This document shows, piece by piece, positions 13,386 to 27,039 of a DNA stretch of 64,000 nt (its first letter is position 1; each line of letters starts with the position of its first letter). Location of the stretch: NCBI RefSeq assembly GCF_001194135.2, contig NC_069001.1, forward strand, positions 23,804,483 to 23,868,482. Direction: 5' to 3'. A model generated the notes under the pieces. The model searched no databases. It worked only from the letters and a program-made list of their open reading frames with translations, and was not told the DNA's origin. Origin of the DNA: Octopus bimaculoides. Lineage: Eukaryota. The translations under genes were made by a program, and so were the position numbers.

Positions 13386-16300
13386 TCTCTCTTTCCTTTC
13401 CTGAGCGTCCAATAATACTATCCATATCACGTCCTCACTTTGTTGTTTTTTTGTTTTTTTGTTATTGTTTTTTTTAACTATATATATATATATATATACA
13501 AAACATATAGTTATCCTTTTGGTTGTTTGTGTGTGTGTTTCTGTGAAACATGGAAGATAATAATTTACAAATTTTATTCAAAAATGGATTGTATAAGCTT
13601 TTAACAGTGAAATGATACATAATAAAAATTGAAAGTTGTAAATTTGCGCTTCCCTGTGCCTGATGAGATCTAATGTTATTTTAATAACAATCATTAGTTT
13701 TATCATGTATAATATAATTACTACTACAGGTGAAAATTTAGTATCTTTTACTTTTAGCTTTTACTTGTTACTGTAGCCATGCTGGAGCACCACCTTCAAA
13801 ATTTTTTAGTTCAATGAATCAACCCCAGTAGTTAGTTTTTTAAGCCTGTAACATGCTATTGGGCCCTTTTGCCAAACTGCTAAGTTGTAGGGATGTAAAC
13901 ACGCCAACACTGGTTGTCAAGTGGTGCTGTGGGGGACAGACACAGACAAAGACACCTCCCACACACACACACACATATGATGAGCTACAGTAGAAGACAC
14001 TTGCCCAAGGTGCCATGCAGTGGGACTGAACCTGGAATCATGTGGTTGGGAAGCAAGCTTCTTACCACACAGCCACACATTATGTTACCTCACTCTTCAC
14101 CACCCCTCACTGCCTCTCAAAGCCTAATGCTTCCTTCAATATGCCCAGTGACCCCTAGGGTAGGTGGTACCGCCCATGCTGAGAACTACTGATCTAGAAC
14201 CAAAGTAAATTTATAGAAGCATCAATGACAATTCCAAACCAACATGAGCAGGGGGAGGATGGCTTTACAGCCCAGAGTTGATGACAATGGAGAGCAATTA
14301 TGGATGACTGCTGCCCAATAGGGAGCAATAAACTTAAGTTGTCTCTTATATTGTGCATATGTGTTATGCAGAAAGGAGAGGGTGTTGTTGATGCCTGGGC
14401 TTAACACCAAGAGGTTGTTATGTTATTTGTTTATACATTATCATTTTTACTGTTTTCAGTCACTTAACTGTGGCCAAGTTGAGTTACAGCATTCAAAAGA
14501 CACTACTTAAATAGCAACACTGGTTTTTTTTAACTGGTGTAATGACAGATAAAATCAAAGGAAGAGAGACAGACAAACAAAATTGCATATATATATATAC
14601 ACACACAAATATATCACCACCACCACCACCACCATCATCGTCATCATCAGACATTTGTTTTCCATGCTGGCATGGGTTAGCTGGTTTGACTGGAACTGGT
14701 AAGCCAGAGAGCTTCACTAGGCTCTAATCTTCTGTTTTGGCTTGGTTTCTATGGCTGGATGCCCTTCCTAATGCCAACAAACCTGCCAACCACAGGATGT
14801 ACTGGGTATTTTGTACATGTCACCTGCATAGATGCCTTTTATGTTTCACTGGAATGGTAGCCTTTACATGCCACTGGCATGGGTACCTTCTATGTGTACC
14901 TTCTATGTGTCATTGGCACTAGCAGCATATGCATACTTATATGAAATTATCTGTCTATATATCTATCATAATGTAATGATGGTTCTTTGGTCAAATGGAG
15001 TACAAGACAACCTCGTTAGTCATGGGGCCATGACAAAATGCCACCAGCACTCTTTATAATATGGTTGACAAATGAGCAGAAACAATATTGGATTTAGAGG
15101 CCATTTCAACTTCTCTTGAGTTGGTGCCACACTAAAATGCACCCAGTAGATTATGTAAATTGATTGTTGATAAAAGAAAAAGCATCATCACAAAGACGTG
15201 AACCAAAAATGAAATGTATGAATGAGAAGTGGTCCTCTAACCCATGCTAGCGGGAAAACAGATGTAAATTTATGATGATGATGATGATAATGAAACTGAT
15301 GGTAATGATGAATAATAATATATTTGTGGTTATTTGTGTGTGAATCATCAACTTATCATTTAATGTCCACTTTTCAATGCTTGCATGGGTCAGACAGAAT
15401 TTGTTGGGGCAGATTTTTTATTGTCATGTGTCCTGCCTGTATCCAGTAAACACGTGTGTGTGTGTCATATGTATATATATATATGTAAAAATTTCTTTGT
15501 GGTTTAACTTCATTTTATATATGAAAATAAACAACAAAGGTATATACATTATTTGTTAATTGTTGCATACACAGAGCTTGAGAGACCCTTTGTACTCTTT
15601 CCCCCCCAACTAGTGTGTTGGCATTGACAATAATTGGATGAAAAACTTGGGTGCTTGCTTAAGCACTTCGCAAATCTATCACCATTTTTCACATACACAT
15701 GATTCCTTATATTCAAGCAACAGAAAGTAGCATTAGAACTTAGAACATATTGAGCTGACACTTAATACAAGGCCACACTTAGACACTCTACCATCCAACC
15801 ATTCCACCATCTTAGTCTGGTATTAATTTCTCAACCATAAATAGAAGAAGAATAAAGTTGACTCAGTAGGATTTTTATCTGGGACTCGGCAGAGCAATGC
15901 ATTCTATCAAGTTCTCTAACAGCAATTCTGCCTGTGTGGTTGCAAAATAGATTTGTGAACGAAGAAACCAGAGCCTCAGACGTTTGATTTATCTCTCTTA
16001 CTTAGGTTTAAACCATGCCAGGCACACCCTACATTTGATTCTCATAAAAACCAGACACCAATTACAGTGAGCATAATAACAAATATGATTCCTTTCTAAT
16101 AATAATAACAATAATAATAATAATAATAATAACAATAATAATGACGATGATGATGACTTTATCTTATTATCAGTAACTATTAGCAGCACATTAGTTAAGC
16201 ATTTCAGGATAACGTAAACACCATGAAAGTTAGTGTTCATCACTGATCTTGGTATAACATTAGTCTTATCACAGAGAATATAAAATGTTGCTTCCATTAG

Positions 16301-17721
16301 AAACAAAATGAAGGGTTGAAATACCGTGTTACTAAAAGAAGCAGTAAACAGAAAGCTTTCAGTGTTTTCTTCATTGCTTTTTTTATCTTTCTTTCTGTTT
16401 TTATGTCGATATATTTTTTAATAACTTTCTATATAACAAGGAAAAAAAAAAAATCAAATTGCATATTTTCAAAGGCAAAAAGAGAAAAAAAAAAATACTG
16501 AAAGACCAACATGATATAGCAAAATAAATGACACACACACACATACACACACACATACACACACGCATTAATATATATATATAGCGATTCTGTGCATCTG
16601 CATTTATGTTTACATACATAAACACATACACATTTATATGCATGCATACATACATAAACACACACATATTTCTATGTATACATGCATATGTATGTGCATA
16701 ATTATTTATACGCATGCATATATATATATATACACACACATATATTTCATGTGTATATATAATTTAGATTTATATACATACATATGCACATACACATGAA
16801 TAATATGCACACAAACACACATTTATACATATACACATATACATTAGAAATTTTATGACCATTTACAAAGTTCATGCTAATGCTATGGCTAATTAATTAA
16901 TTTATAAGTTGTTTTTATTACTTGCTGCAACTAGGACATAATAATGTATAGTTTTATGACTTCAGTAAAAATTACAACAATAAAAACAACAACAACAATA
17001 ATAACAACAGCAACAACAGAGGAGGACAGCAACAAAAAATAATTCCCCTTGCAAGCGAGCCAAAAACAAAACAAAAAAAAAAAACNNNNNNNNNNAACTA
17101 CAAACAGTTACATCAACAAACAAAACAATAGAACATCGACTGCAACATGAAAAAGAAAAATATCTTTGACTGTATCTGAAGCTTTTAAATTAAAACTCTT
17201 TAAGCAAAATGTTATTGAAAATTAAAAGCTAAAAGCTGTTAGAGTTATTAAGATCTCTGTGTAGCTTGCTCTAACTCAACTAGAATATATTTCATCACTT
17301 AATGTCGGTGGTGGTGTAATTTAGCTTCACATCTGGCAATAGACATGTCTTTTTCTTGGTTAATGTTACTGTTTGTGCTGTGTTTCTTACATAATGTTTG
17401 GTATCTGTCTTATCTCTAAGGCCCTGAACTTTAATATAAATTAATTGGCAGAAGTTTCATGGTGGGTAGCTATAGATTTGTAAAGTCAAACAGCAAAGTT
17501 TTCTTATGTATCTTGCTGCAGAAATGATAATTCTGTTTGTTTCTAACAGTGGTCTGAGGTCAGAAATTTAGAGTGAAGGACTAGTTAATAACATCAATTC
17601 TAGAACTTCACTTAATTTTGGAACTGGAACTCAGAACATAAAGCTAGAAGACATGCCACTAAATATTTCATCCAGCATCCTATTGTTTCTACCAGATCAC
17701 TAAATAATAATAACAATAATA

Positions 17722-18295
17722 ATGGTTTCAAATTTTGGCACAAGGCCAGGTATTTCATGAGGGGTTTAGTCGATTACATTGATCCCAGTAGTTGACTGGT
17801 ATTTAATTCATCAACCCTAAAAGGATGAAAGGCAAAGTTCACCTTGGTGGAATTTGATCTCAGAACGTAAATATGGACGAAATGCCACTAAGCATTTTCC
17901 CCAGCACACTAACGATTCTACCAGCTTGCCATGTTATTGCTTTCATATTTTGGCACAAAGCCAGTGATTTCGGGGGAGGGGATAAGTCAATTATATCAAC
18001 CCCAGTGCTCAACTGGTACTTATTTTATCGACCCCCAAAAGGATGAAAGGCAAAGTCAACCTCGGTGGAATTTGAACTAAGAATTTGAAGTAATGCTATG
18101 GCTAATTAATTAATTTATAAGTTGTTTTCATTACTTGTTGCAACTAGAGCATAATAATGTATAGCTTTATGACTTCAGTAAAAATTACAACAACAGCAAC
18201 AACAACGGTGACAACAATAATAATAACAACAGCAACAACAGAATGAAATGCTGCTAATCATTTTACCCGGCTTACTAGCGATTTTTCCAGCTCAT
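17722..18295 (-). mobile_element. Tandem pair of family B SINEs (second copy carries a 152-bp insert)
   Basis: Repeated GGCACAAGGCC...GACCCC..AAGGATGAAAGGCAAAGT...GGAATTTGA...CCAGCT. Other minus copies: 12418-12560, 18820-19020, 25940-26143, 33433-33646, 34237-34655 (x2), 59965-60400 (x2). Confidence 0.8.
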
Positions 18296-18320
18296 TGAAT
18301 GATAATGATAAAGGGCCAGT

Positions 18321-19260
18321 AATGTGAATGTAGATACAAATATGACCTATCAATGGCTACTTAAATTAGAAACAGAAGGTTTCATTATAGCAGCTCAAGA
18401 TCAATGTTTGCCCACTGGAAATGACCAAGCAAGCATTTTTTAAAATAGTGCAGACTCTAACTGCTGCTTTTGAGGTGCAACCAGGCAAACATTTGACCAC
18501 CTCATTTCTGCTTGCTCTATGCTAGACTCAAATGAATACAATATTCAACATAATAGATTTTGGTCAGTATATGCACTAGCTCATGGCTCATATGCTGTGA
18601 CTCTGGAGTCCCATATGATAAGAACTGGTGGGAGCATAAACCTGCCAAAATAGTAAAAAATAAAGATATCACCATTCTTTGGGACTTTAGTATCCAAACT
18701 GATTGTGCTATACAAACCAACAGACCAGATATTGTGGTAAAAAAACATGTTGCCAAAACATATCTGCTCATATATATATATGTCAATCCAAGCAGACTGC
18801 AACACTTCTGTAAAATTGTTGAAAGGCAAAGTTGACCCCAGTGGAATTTGGATTCAAAACATAAAGACAGGTGAAATACTGCTAACGATTTTGCCTGGAT
18901 TGCTACAATTCTGCCAAATGGTTTAAAATGTCAGCACAAAGTCAGCAACTTCGGGGCAGTATTAGTCTATTACACTGGACCCAATGCTCAAGTTGTACTC
19001 ATTTTATCACTCCCATGAAATAAAAGTTTCAAAAATGTGGCATCTAAGAATCACAACTCTACCTGTAATTATTGGAGCTTTGGTGTCAATACTAAAAGAT
19101 GTTCTTAAATACTACAGCCAAATACAAGGAGATTCTAGGCGTCAGAACTACAAGACATTGTTGTCATGGGTACTGCCAACATCCCCCACCAAAAAACATT
19201 GTCAACTTGAAAACACTCAGTTCTCTTAAAACTCTGTCAAAACTGAAATATTACAAATTT
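18321..19260 (+). mobile_element. 3' part of a non-LTR retrotransposon with restriction-like endonuclease (R4/Dong/NeSL-like), interrupted by a SINE fragment at ~18820-19020
   Basis: LKLETEGFIIAAQDQCLPT, degenerate CCHC knuckle (C..*G...TFDHLISAC), KNWWEHKPAKIVKNKDITILWDFSIQTDCAIQTNRPDIVVK, and after the insert KMWHLRITTLPVIIGAL. Confidence 0.85.
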
Positions 19261-19989
19261 AAATGAATCTCAGATTCTGGCCTCCTTTATATACCACTTA
19301 CAAGTCCCTTAACCCCTTGGGGGTCATTGGGGTGCTGCAGCCATGCAACATATTTTGGGCAAGATAGTCTGGTGGAGCCCAGTTTAAATTCAGTACTACA
19401 GCTGAGTGGAATTGAAACCACACACTTACGATCACAAGTCCAACACCCTAACCACTAAGCCATTGCTATATCACTTGCTAATCATAAATAACACCCATAG
19501 TAACATGTCTGACTTGTTGTTAGTTGAGGTCCCTGAGTAAAACTTGGAATAGCTTGTATAAAACAAAGCAGCATCAACACAAATAATAATTGGTAAGATG
19601 AAGTAATTGTCAGTAATGTTTGTGTGTTGATGTAAATGTTTCATTAACTGATTGTAATTTGTGTCTATTGCTGTGTAGTTAATCATTTTTTTTGCAGGTA
19701 ATACTGGTCTTTTAGTTGGTGTTGTATTGGGTTATACTGCCATTTGCTGTGGTGTTTGTAAAAGTGATATTTCTAGAGTTCATCATCATCATCATCGTTT
19801 AACGTCTGCTTTCCATGCTAGTTTCTACAGTTGGATGCCCTTCCTAACGCCAACCACTCAGAGAGTGTAGTGGGTGCTTTTATGTGCCACCGGCACAAGG
19901 GCCAGTCAGGCGGTACTGGCAACGGCCACGTTCAAAATGGTGTTTTTTACAGGCCACCTGCACAGGAGCCAGTAGAGAAGTTTGAAATT

Positions 19990-20330
19990 GTGTTACTATT
20001 TCGAGTCTTGAGTGTGTGATTGTCGGTTTCTGTGTTTCGTTACCTAAGATGTTCATTTTTAATTTTTTGCCAGATGCAAAGTTTTTCATTTTCTATATTT
20101 TCTCTTCCCTTCAACAAATATCCATTGTGGTGCATCTTTCAAAACAATTTCCTCACAAGGTGAATTTTCAGTCAGAAAAATCTATGGTTGTGAGAAAGGG
20201 TTTGTTTGCATGCATCTGTATGCTTTTGCTTATGTTTATAGTTTGGTTGATTGGTGTGAGTGGAATCTCTTTGGGTTGGTGATGGTGTCTTTTATTCTTA
20301 TTTCTCTTGTTGCTGTTTCTGTTTGGGGGT
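19990..20330 (-). mobile_element. Possible Penelope-like relic
   Basis: Frameshifted pieces TINIS.YRCMQ, SHNHR, GNCFERC, IWQKIKN follow the order of the PLE linker/GIY-YIG motifs. Confidence 0.3.
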
Positions 20331-21374
20331 CTGCTACTGGTGGTGCTGCTGTTGTGGTGAAGGTGTTGGCAGTTTAGGAGTCTTCCTTCTTTTTTTGTAG
20401 TGAATGCAAAAATACATAGATGGTTTGCATCCCCACATCATCATCATCATCATTGTTTAACGTCTGCTACATGTGGACATGTAGCGGATCTTTTTTAAAA
20501 CGGAGGCCACATTTTTTATTAACGAAACACTTTGAAACTTGGAACATTGGTAGAATGTGTCATATAAAACATCTTNNNNNNNNNNNNNNNNNNNNNNNNN
20601 NNNNNNNNNNNNNNNNNNNNNNNNNNNNNNNNNNNNNNNNNNNNNNNNNNNNNNNNNNNNNNNNNNNNNNNNNNNNNNNNNNNNNNNNNNNNNNNNNNNN
20701 NNNNNNNNNNNNNNNNNNNNNNNNNNNNNNNNNNNNNNNNNNNNNNNNNNNNNNNNNNNNNNNNNNNNNNNNNNNNNNNNNNNNNNNNNNNNNNNNNNNN
20801 NNNNNNNNNNNNNNNNNNNNNNNNNNNNNNNNNNNNNNNNNNNNNNNNNNNNNNNNNNNNNNNNNNNNNNNNNNNNNNNNNNNNNNNNNNNNNNNNNNNN
20901 NNNNNNNNNNNNNNNNNNNNNNNNNNNNNNNNNNNNNNATTTAAAATGAAAAAAGCAAATAAAACGAAGGTATGGAGATTAAATACGCTTTACATCGCTT
21001 AATCAGCCAAAGGAGTAAAAGTAAACAGCTGAATACTTGTCAGTGATTGGTTGAAATTATTGAAATAAGACAATTTTTTACATGAAATAAATTCGAATAC
21101 AAAAATATTTTTCTGTTCTATAACACAAAATAGATAAGTATACAAAGTTTGAAAGTCTTTCCGTACCAAAAACACTACGTAAAACATTAATGAAAAATGT
21201 GGCCCCTGTTTTAAAATAGATCCCATGTAGCTGGCTAGCAGGGAGCTGTCCAATCTCCAACTCTGTTGTGGCATGGTTTCTATTGGATGCCCTTCGTAAT
21301 GCCAACCACTTAACATAATGTGCTGGGTGCTAAGTGGTTGGCATTAGGAAAGGCATCCAGCCGTAGAAACTATT

Positions 21375-21960
21375 CCATGAAATTTCAACCTTCTGTCCTA
21401 AAGTACTTGCAAAACTGAAAACCATTTGGGATGGCCTCTGTGACACTTGTGTTTGGAGTAATAGTTCCATCCCTGTGCCTGAAAATTTTTCCTTTCCCAG
21501 TCTGTGGATTTCCAGAAGATTTCATTAATTTTCTGTGTCGTATGTTACACCTGCCAAAAGCAAAAAGGTATTTACTTCAGGTGGTATCTCAGCTGCTTTC
21601 ACATTTCTAACTCTCTGATCAAAGTATGTATAAATCAAGTGGAGTTCATGTAATTTAATGTTGTCAAATATTCGTTTGTGTGTTTAGTTTGAAACCTTTT
21701 CTCAAATGATTCAAAATAGCACCAGCTTTTGAGCTCCAGGTTGGTTTAAGGCACTTTTCAATCTGGTCCTGCATTGCTCACTCAGGTCGCCTTATTTTTT
21801 GTCCAATACATTTGGGTTCCCTTTAGAATTTGTTGTGAGGTGTAGATATCATTTGCCATCCACATTAAAATGTGTTTTGCATTTCTTAATTCGTATCCTG
21901 ATAAACTGACTCTAGTTTTCTGCATACATCTGCAAACCTGTTTCCACTTTGTATGCAAGC
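21375..21960 (-). mobile_element. Highly degenerate LINE ORF2 remnant (RTE-like)
   Basis: Minus fragments YELRNAKHIL...QQILKG and VRNVKAAEIPPEV resemble the LINE tether and KAxGxDEIPPEV region; heavily frameshifted. Confidence 0.35.
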
Positions 21961-22869
21961 CTTGGTGTTTGCAGTCTTTATTGTATTAAAGTTTGTGCTG
22001 GTGGAGAAGGTCATGTTTGTTTCAATGACTTTTGTCATGCTTGTCACTATTGTTGTTGTTGTCATTGCTATTGTTAATTATGCATTCTCTGTTAACGGTA
22101 ACACGGAGTGGTGAGAAACTGCTTCATAACGGCTATTCCAAAAGCCATCTCTTTCTTTGATTTGAAAAACTATTTTATTCTTTCACTTGTTTCAGTTACT
22201 TGACTGAGACCATGCTGGGGCACCATCTTAAAGGGTTTTAGTAGAGGAAACCAACCCCAGGACTTATTCCATCAGTCTCTTTTGCTCAACTGCTAAGTTA
22301 CGGGGGACAAACACACAAACACAGACATGACGGGCTTCTTTCAGTTTCTGTCTAACAAATCTACTCACAATAGTGGAAGGCACTTGCCCTAGGTGCCATG
22401 CAGTGGGATTGAATCTGGAACCTTGTGGTTGGGAAGCGAGCTTCTTACCACACAGCCATGACAGCACATATTGTTTTTAAAAACAAGCATGTACATGAAC
22501 TTCTTAAAGTTCCAAACTTCACCTCAATTGCATGAATATTTCACAAAACCAACTAACTAGAGAAGATGCTAGATGCCTTAATAACAAAGTGGTACATAAA
22601 TTAAAATTAATGTTTAAAANNNNNNNNNNNNNNNNNNNNNNNNNNNNNNNNNNNNNNNNNNNNNNNNNNNNNNNNNNNNNNNNNNNNNNNNNNNNNNNNN
22701 NNNNNNNNNNNNNNNNNNCAGCATATGTAATTTAAAGGATTTAAGTAAAGTTCTAGATAACTCAATATCTCACCCACAAGTAAGTGGAAAAGATAGAATG
22801 GAAAAATATATTCATGGCCCTCCATAACCAGCCCAGCATATATTCTACTCACTTTATACTACCATACAT

Positions 22870-23215
22870 AGACAATACAGCCAGCAAATATATGAATAAT
22901 TGAAAACATTACACGACAAGTAATAGGTATAAGGATGTTGGGTACCCATCTACTATAATACACAAACAGGCATGCCAAAACAGTAACATCAATCTTGACC
23001 ACATTAGATAGAACACTGGCTCAAGACAAGATCGGATTTCAGTTTCCAAACAGCCTCTGCTTGAACTCTGACAAACAACTGTATTCAGTTTGCTTTGAAA
23101 CTGGCCAAATGGACAGAACCTAAAGAAGCAGAACAGAAAATCATGCCCAGTTGCATGTGCAACTGCCTGTACTTTGTGCTGTGGAAACACGTATAGGTTG
23201 TAAGAACCATTAAAA
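22870..23215 (+). mobile_element. Possible Penelope-like relic
   Basis: VGYPSTIIHKQ and LCCGNTY(I)G-like remnant of GIY-YIG; needs frameshifts. Confidence 0.3.
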
Positions 23216-24418
23216 TATGCTGTATGTAATTATAAAATTAGAGGAAACAAATCTTGAGGTTGAACAAGTCTCCATATTCTACATCATTATAATTATTGCT
23301 TATATATCTATAATATAAATCCCATTCTATGTGTGTGTGTATGTGTAAAAGATTATAATGGCCATATTTTTCAACTGATTTTCTCCAAACTGACAACATA
23401 CATTACTTATGTTCCAGAGATGGTTTTAGACTCTTAAAATTTTTCACATAATGTGTAACGGGCTCCCTGGGGGAAGAAAACAACCTGCTTTTTGGTTATG
23501 AAATAAACTACACAAAACATGTTTTTGAATTACGTGTATTTACTTAATATACATTGAAAACTTTCGTTTAACATTTTACATAATGTCTATGTTCCATACT
23601 GGCAAGAGTTGGGTAGTTATTAATGTAGAAAGTTGGTATCTCAGCTACTCGCAGTTGAGACCTGCATAATCTAGATGGCATTTTAAAATTTCATTATTCT
23701 CTTTAACCCAAGCAACACAAGGTATTTCTGTTGGTATGTATGTATACGCACACGCACACACGCACGCACACACACACACACATACACACACACACACACA
23801 CGCACATATTGAGATATAAGAAGTTTGTTGGAATAGGATTAATTCAGAGTTGAACAATAGCTTTTATTCTGTTTACTTCTTATTGCTTAAAATATATTTT
23901 CAATGTTTGCTGATCAAAAGATATCTTGATATTGTGTTGCAGAACACAAAAGTTCTCAAGAGTCTCATGTTCAGAACCTCTTGGGTGAGGGCTTACTCCA
24001 TCAGAAAATGACATGAGATCTTGGTAGGCTAATCTCTCAGCCCATCATTTCTGTGCTTGGAGGACGACAGAGTGAATCTCCTAAAAGATACACATACACT
24101 TTTGTTTATTGAGATGGAGGAATATTTTTGGCAGACTTTTTCTTCAGCAAGCTTCTTCACCAAAAGTTACAAATCTTGAACAAAGTTAACACAGTATCTT
24201 ACCCACAGACATAATAGTGAAATGCACTCAGGTAATTTGATCTCCAGTCACATGGGCTTGTAAGCCTTAGTGTGTTCATCCATTTAGTGACGTTTAAATT
24301 CTTACATTATAGCAGGGAAAGTATGAATACTTAGTTAAAGGAAGAATGATATTAGCCATGTCCTTTGTTGATAAGACAAAGAATAATCTTCTTGCCTACA
24401 GACTTAGTCTGAAGGCAT

Positions 24419-24752
24419 CACGACAATTACCCCTCTAGGACAATTCCCCCCGACAACAATTACCCCCTCTCCAATATATAAAATCAGTGGAATCATTCGA
24501 TCTCCATACACAAATTATTTTCCTCCTGAAACTTATAAAAAATACACATATTAGGTGCACCTTTCTCTAAGCCACACACTAAATTTCCCAGGTAAAAAAT
24601 AATGGCTTATACACCGGAAAATACAGAACAAATCAAGGGTTAACTGCTTAGGGGTAATTGTCCCACCGGGTAGTTGTCCTAGGGGGTTGTTGTCCTTGCG
24701 TGTAATTGTCCTTGGGGTGGGGGTTATTGTCCATGGGGTTTAAATGTCCTAA
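24419..24752. mobile_element. MITE/foldback-like element with arrays of GACAATTACCCC motifs in inverted orientation at its two ends
   Basis: Left: GACAATTACCCC, GGACAATTCCCC, ACAATTACCCCC. Right: GGGGTAATTGTCC, GTAGTTGTCC, GTTGTTGTCC, GTAATTGTCC, GTTATTGTCC. Confidence 0.6.
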
Positions 24753-26225
24753 ATTCAGTCTGAATGCTTCCAACAGAGTGAATACTGCTAAAGTCACCTA
24801 AGTTCCAATGGGTGCTGTTAAATCAGTGATGGTAAAGGTAAGGTTACCTTCTTGAGGTTTGGTCAAGAACACAATTGTCCGGTCCAGGTATCGAAACCAC
24901 AATCTTACGATCGTGAGTCCAACACCCTAACCACTAAGCCATGCGCATCTACATTAAGCTGGTGATGGGCAAAGTTTATCACACAAACACAAATACAGTC
25001 CAATCTGCCAACCTTCCATACAGTTTTCAAAACTCAAATTCCACTTACAAGGTGTTGACTGACTTGGGGCTACAGTAAGAATTGTTGACCAAGGTACCTT
25101 GTTGTTAGAAAGAGATTTGAACTATAAATTTACTGAGCAAAATCTTTAACTGCACTATCGTCCTGTCTGTACCAATTATTTCTCAGTTAAGCCAACGAAA
25201 AGAGACCGATTATTTTAGTAGAGATTTGAACTATGTCCCATGAGGTCTACACTTAGAACATCATATACTTGGCAACAACACATCTCTTTACACCATAGCA
25301 AGGAGAATATAAAAACATAATTATTTCTTACTAAAGCAATTATTTTCGGCCAATTATTTTAGTAGAGAAATAAAGTCAATGCAATCTTCATTTCTCTGGT
25401 GGCTTACTACTTCTAAATGGAGGCATGAAAGGTGAGGTAGATGTCGGTGGGAGTAATTAAAATCACATCTATCGCTATGCAGCGAAACAGAATATTTTGT
25501 TGTAATACATTAAATCAGGCACTCAACTATTTCCATTATATTTATGCTCTAATAGTAATAACAATCCTTTTTATTGGTCACAATAGACCATACATACAAT
25601 ACAAAATGTGTCATTAAAAAAGGGTTACTATACGTGTGGGAATGCACATCTATTTGATAAGAGTGCTGGTAGTGGGGAACAAAATGTATTAGAATATATT
25701 AAAACAGGTTAAAATGTCTGCACAAAACAAATGCATTTAAATACAAATAAGAGCAAGCAACCCAACCGAAGGTGAAAACCCACCAACCAACCAACCAACT
25801 AGAATCCGGCTAATTCCCTACTCGGAATAGACAGCTCCTTTCAGTTTTCGTAAACCGTGCCCTCCAAAATTTTCTTGTTAATGTTTACGGCTTTAGCCAA
25901 GAAATAATAATCATAAAAAAAAAGAATAAAATAATCCTTTCTACTACAGGTACAAAGCTTGAAATTTGGGAAGGGGGATAATCAATTACATCAACCCTAG
26001 TACCTGATTGGATTTTTTAATTGACCCCAGGGTGAATAGCAAAGTCAACCTTGATGGAATTTGAACACAGAACATGGAGACAGACGAAATGCCACTAAGC
26101 ATTTTGCCAGGTGTGCTAACGATTCTGCTAGCTCACCACCTTAATAAATAATAATAATGATGATAATAATATCAGAAGGGAATTGATCAGTGTGGAGATC
26201 TGTGTGAACATCTCACATTCCTGAA

Positions 26226-26900
26226 ATGCAGTGGCACACAGACAATGCAGCCGAAGCCCTGCAAATATTCAAACAAAACATCATGTACTATTATGAAGAT
26301 GAGGAAATTACAGAACCAAGGAAAATAGAATTAAAAATATTAAGAGGTATTGGAAATGAAGGACTCAAACGTCTGAATGCATCTAGCTTATCAGGTGCTG
26401 ACAAGAAACACCCCAAAAACTGTGGGAATTGTTTGAAGCACAAGTCAAGACAAACATCAATTTCAGAATACATCGCCTTAAACTGATGGAATGTAGACAG
26501 CAGTAGGATGAGACAATTGATTTTGTCACAAGAGTCCAAACAATAGCAAAAAAAAAAAAATGTGAGTTTAAAGAAAAAGAACTTGAACAAAGATCATTCA
26601 ATTATTGATCGCTTCAACTCCCATTGAAGCCTTCCAAAAAAAGCTGCTTGGAAAGGAGAAAAACTACAAACTTGAAGATGTCCAAACAGAGGGTAGAAAA
26701 TTTGAAGCTATTCTTGCAGGAAGAAGTCAGATACAACAGCTTGCAAGTGCAGAACCATGCAATGTAGATGCTGTCAAGCATTCATGTGGAAATTGTGGAC
26801 GAATGCACCCACCAAGAAAGTGCCCAGCATACAATGATTCTTGCAACTTCTGCAACAAAAAGGGACACTGGAAAAATTCTGTCATCAAGGGAACAAACAA
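26226..26900 (+). pseudogene. gag: Gypsy gag remnant with zinc knuckle (split over ORFs 26226-26486 and 26605-26961)
   Basis: CCHC-type knuckle CNFCNKKGHW in ORF 26605-26961; interrupted by a stop at 26484-26486 and frameshifts. Confidence 0.85.
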
Positions 26901-27039
26901 GATAGAACAAGACATAAAAATGGTGATGGAAAAAGAGCACACAAAAAATTCCATGATATAGAATCAAGCAACAAGGCTCCTACTAACTCAAAAGAAGAGA
27001 ACTGTGATTCCTACCACTGCATACAAATTTCAAGCATGC

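Noticed and set aside
14200-14410. Possible CR1/L2 LINE 3' remnants (also ~41800-42030)
   Set aside because: Only faint motif resemblance (VYCSLLG; SLPS); not supportable by eye.
21375-21550. Apparent minus exon CNIRHRKLMK...FCKYFRTEG resembling a CCCH zinc finger
   Set aside because: It lies within a stretch better explained as a decayed LINE, and the donor site is poor.
24860-24950. tRNA-like A/B boxes (also 42191-42244 and others)
   Set aside because: These are SINE heads; there is no full cloverleaf, and they continue into SINE bodies.
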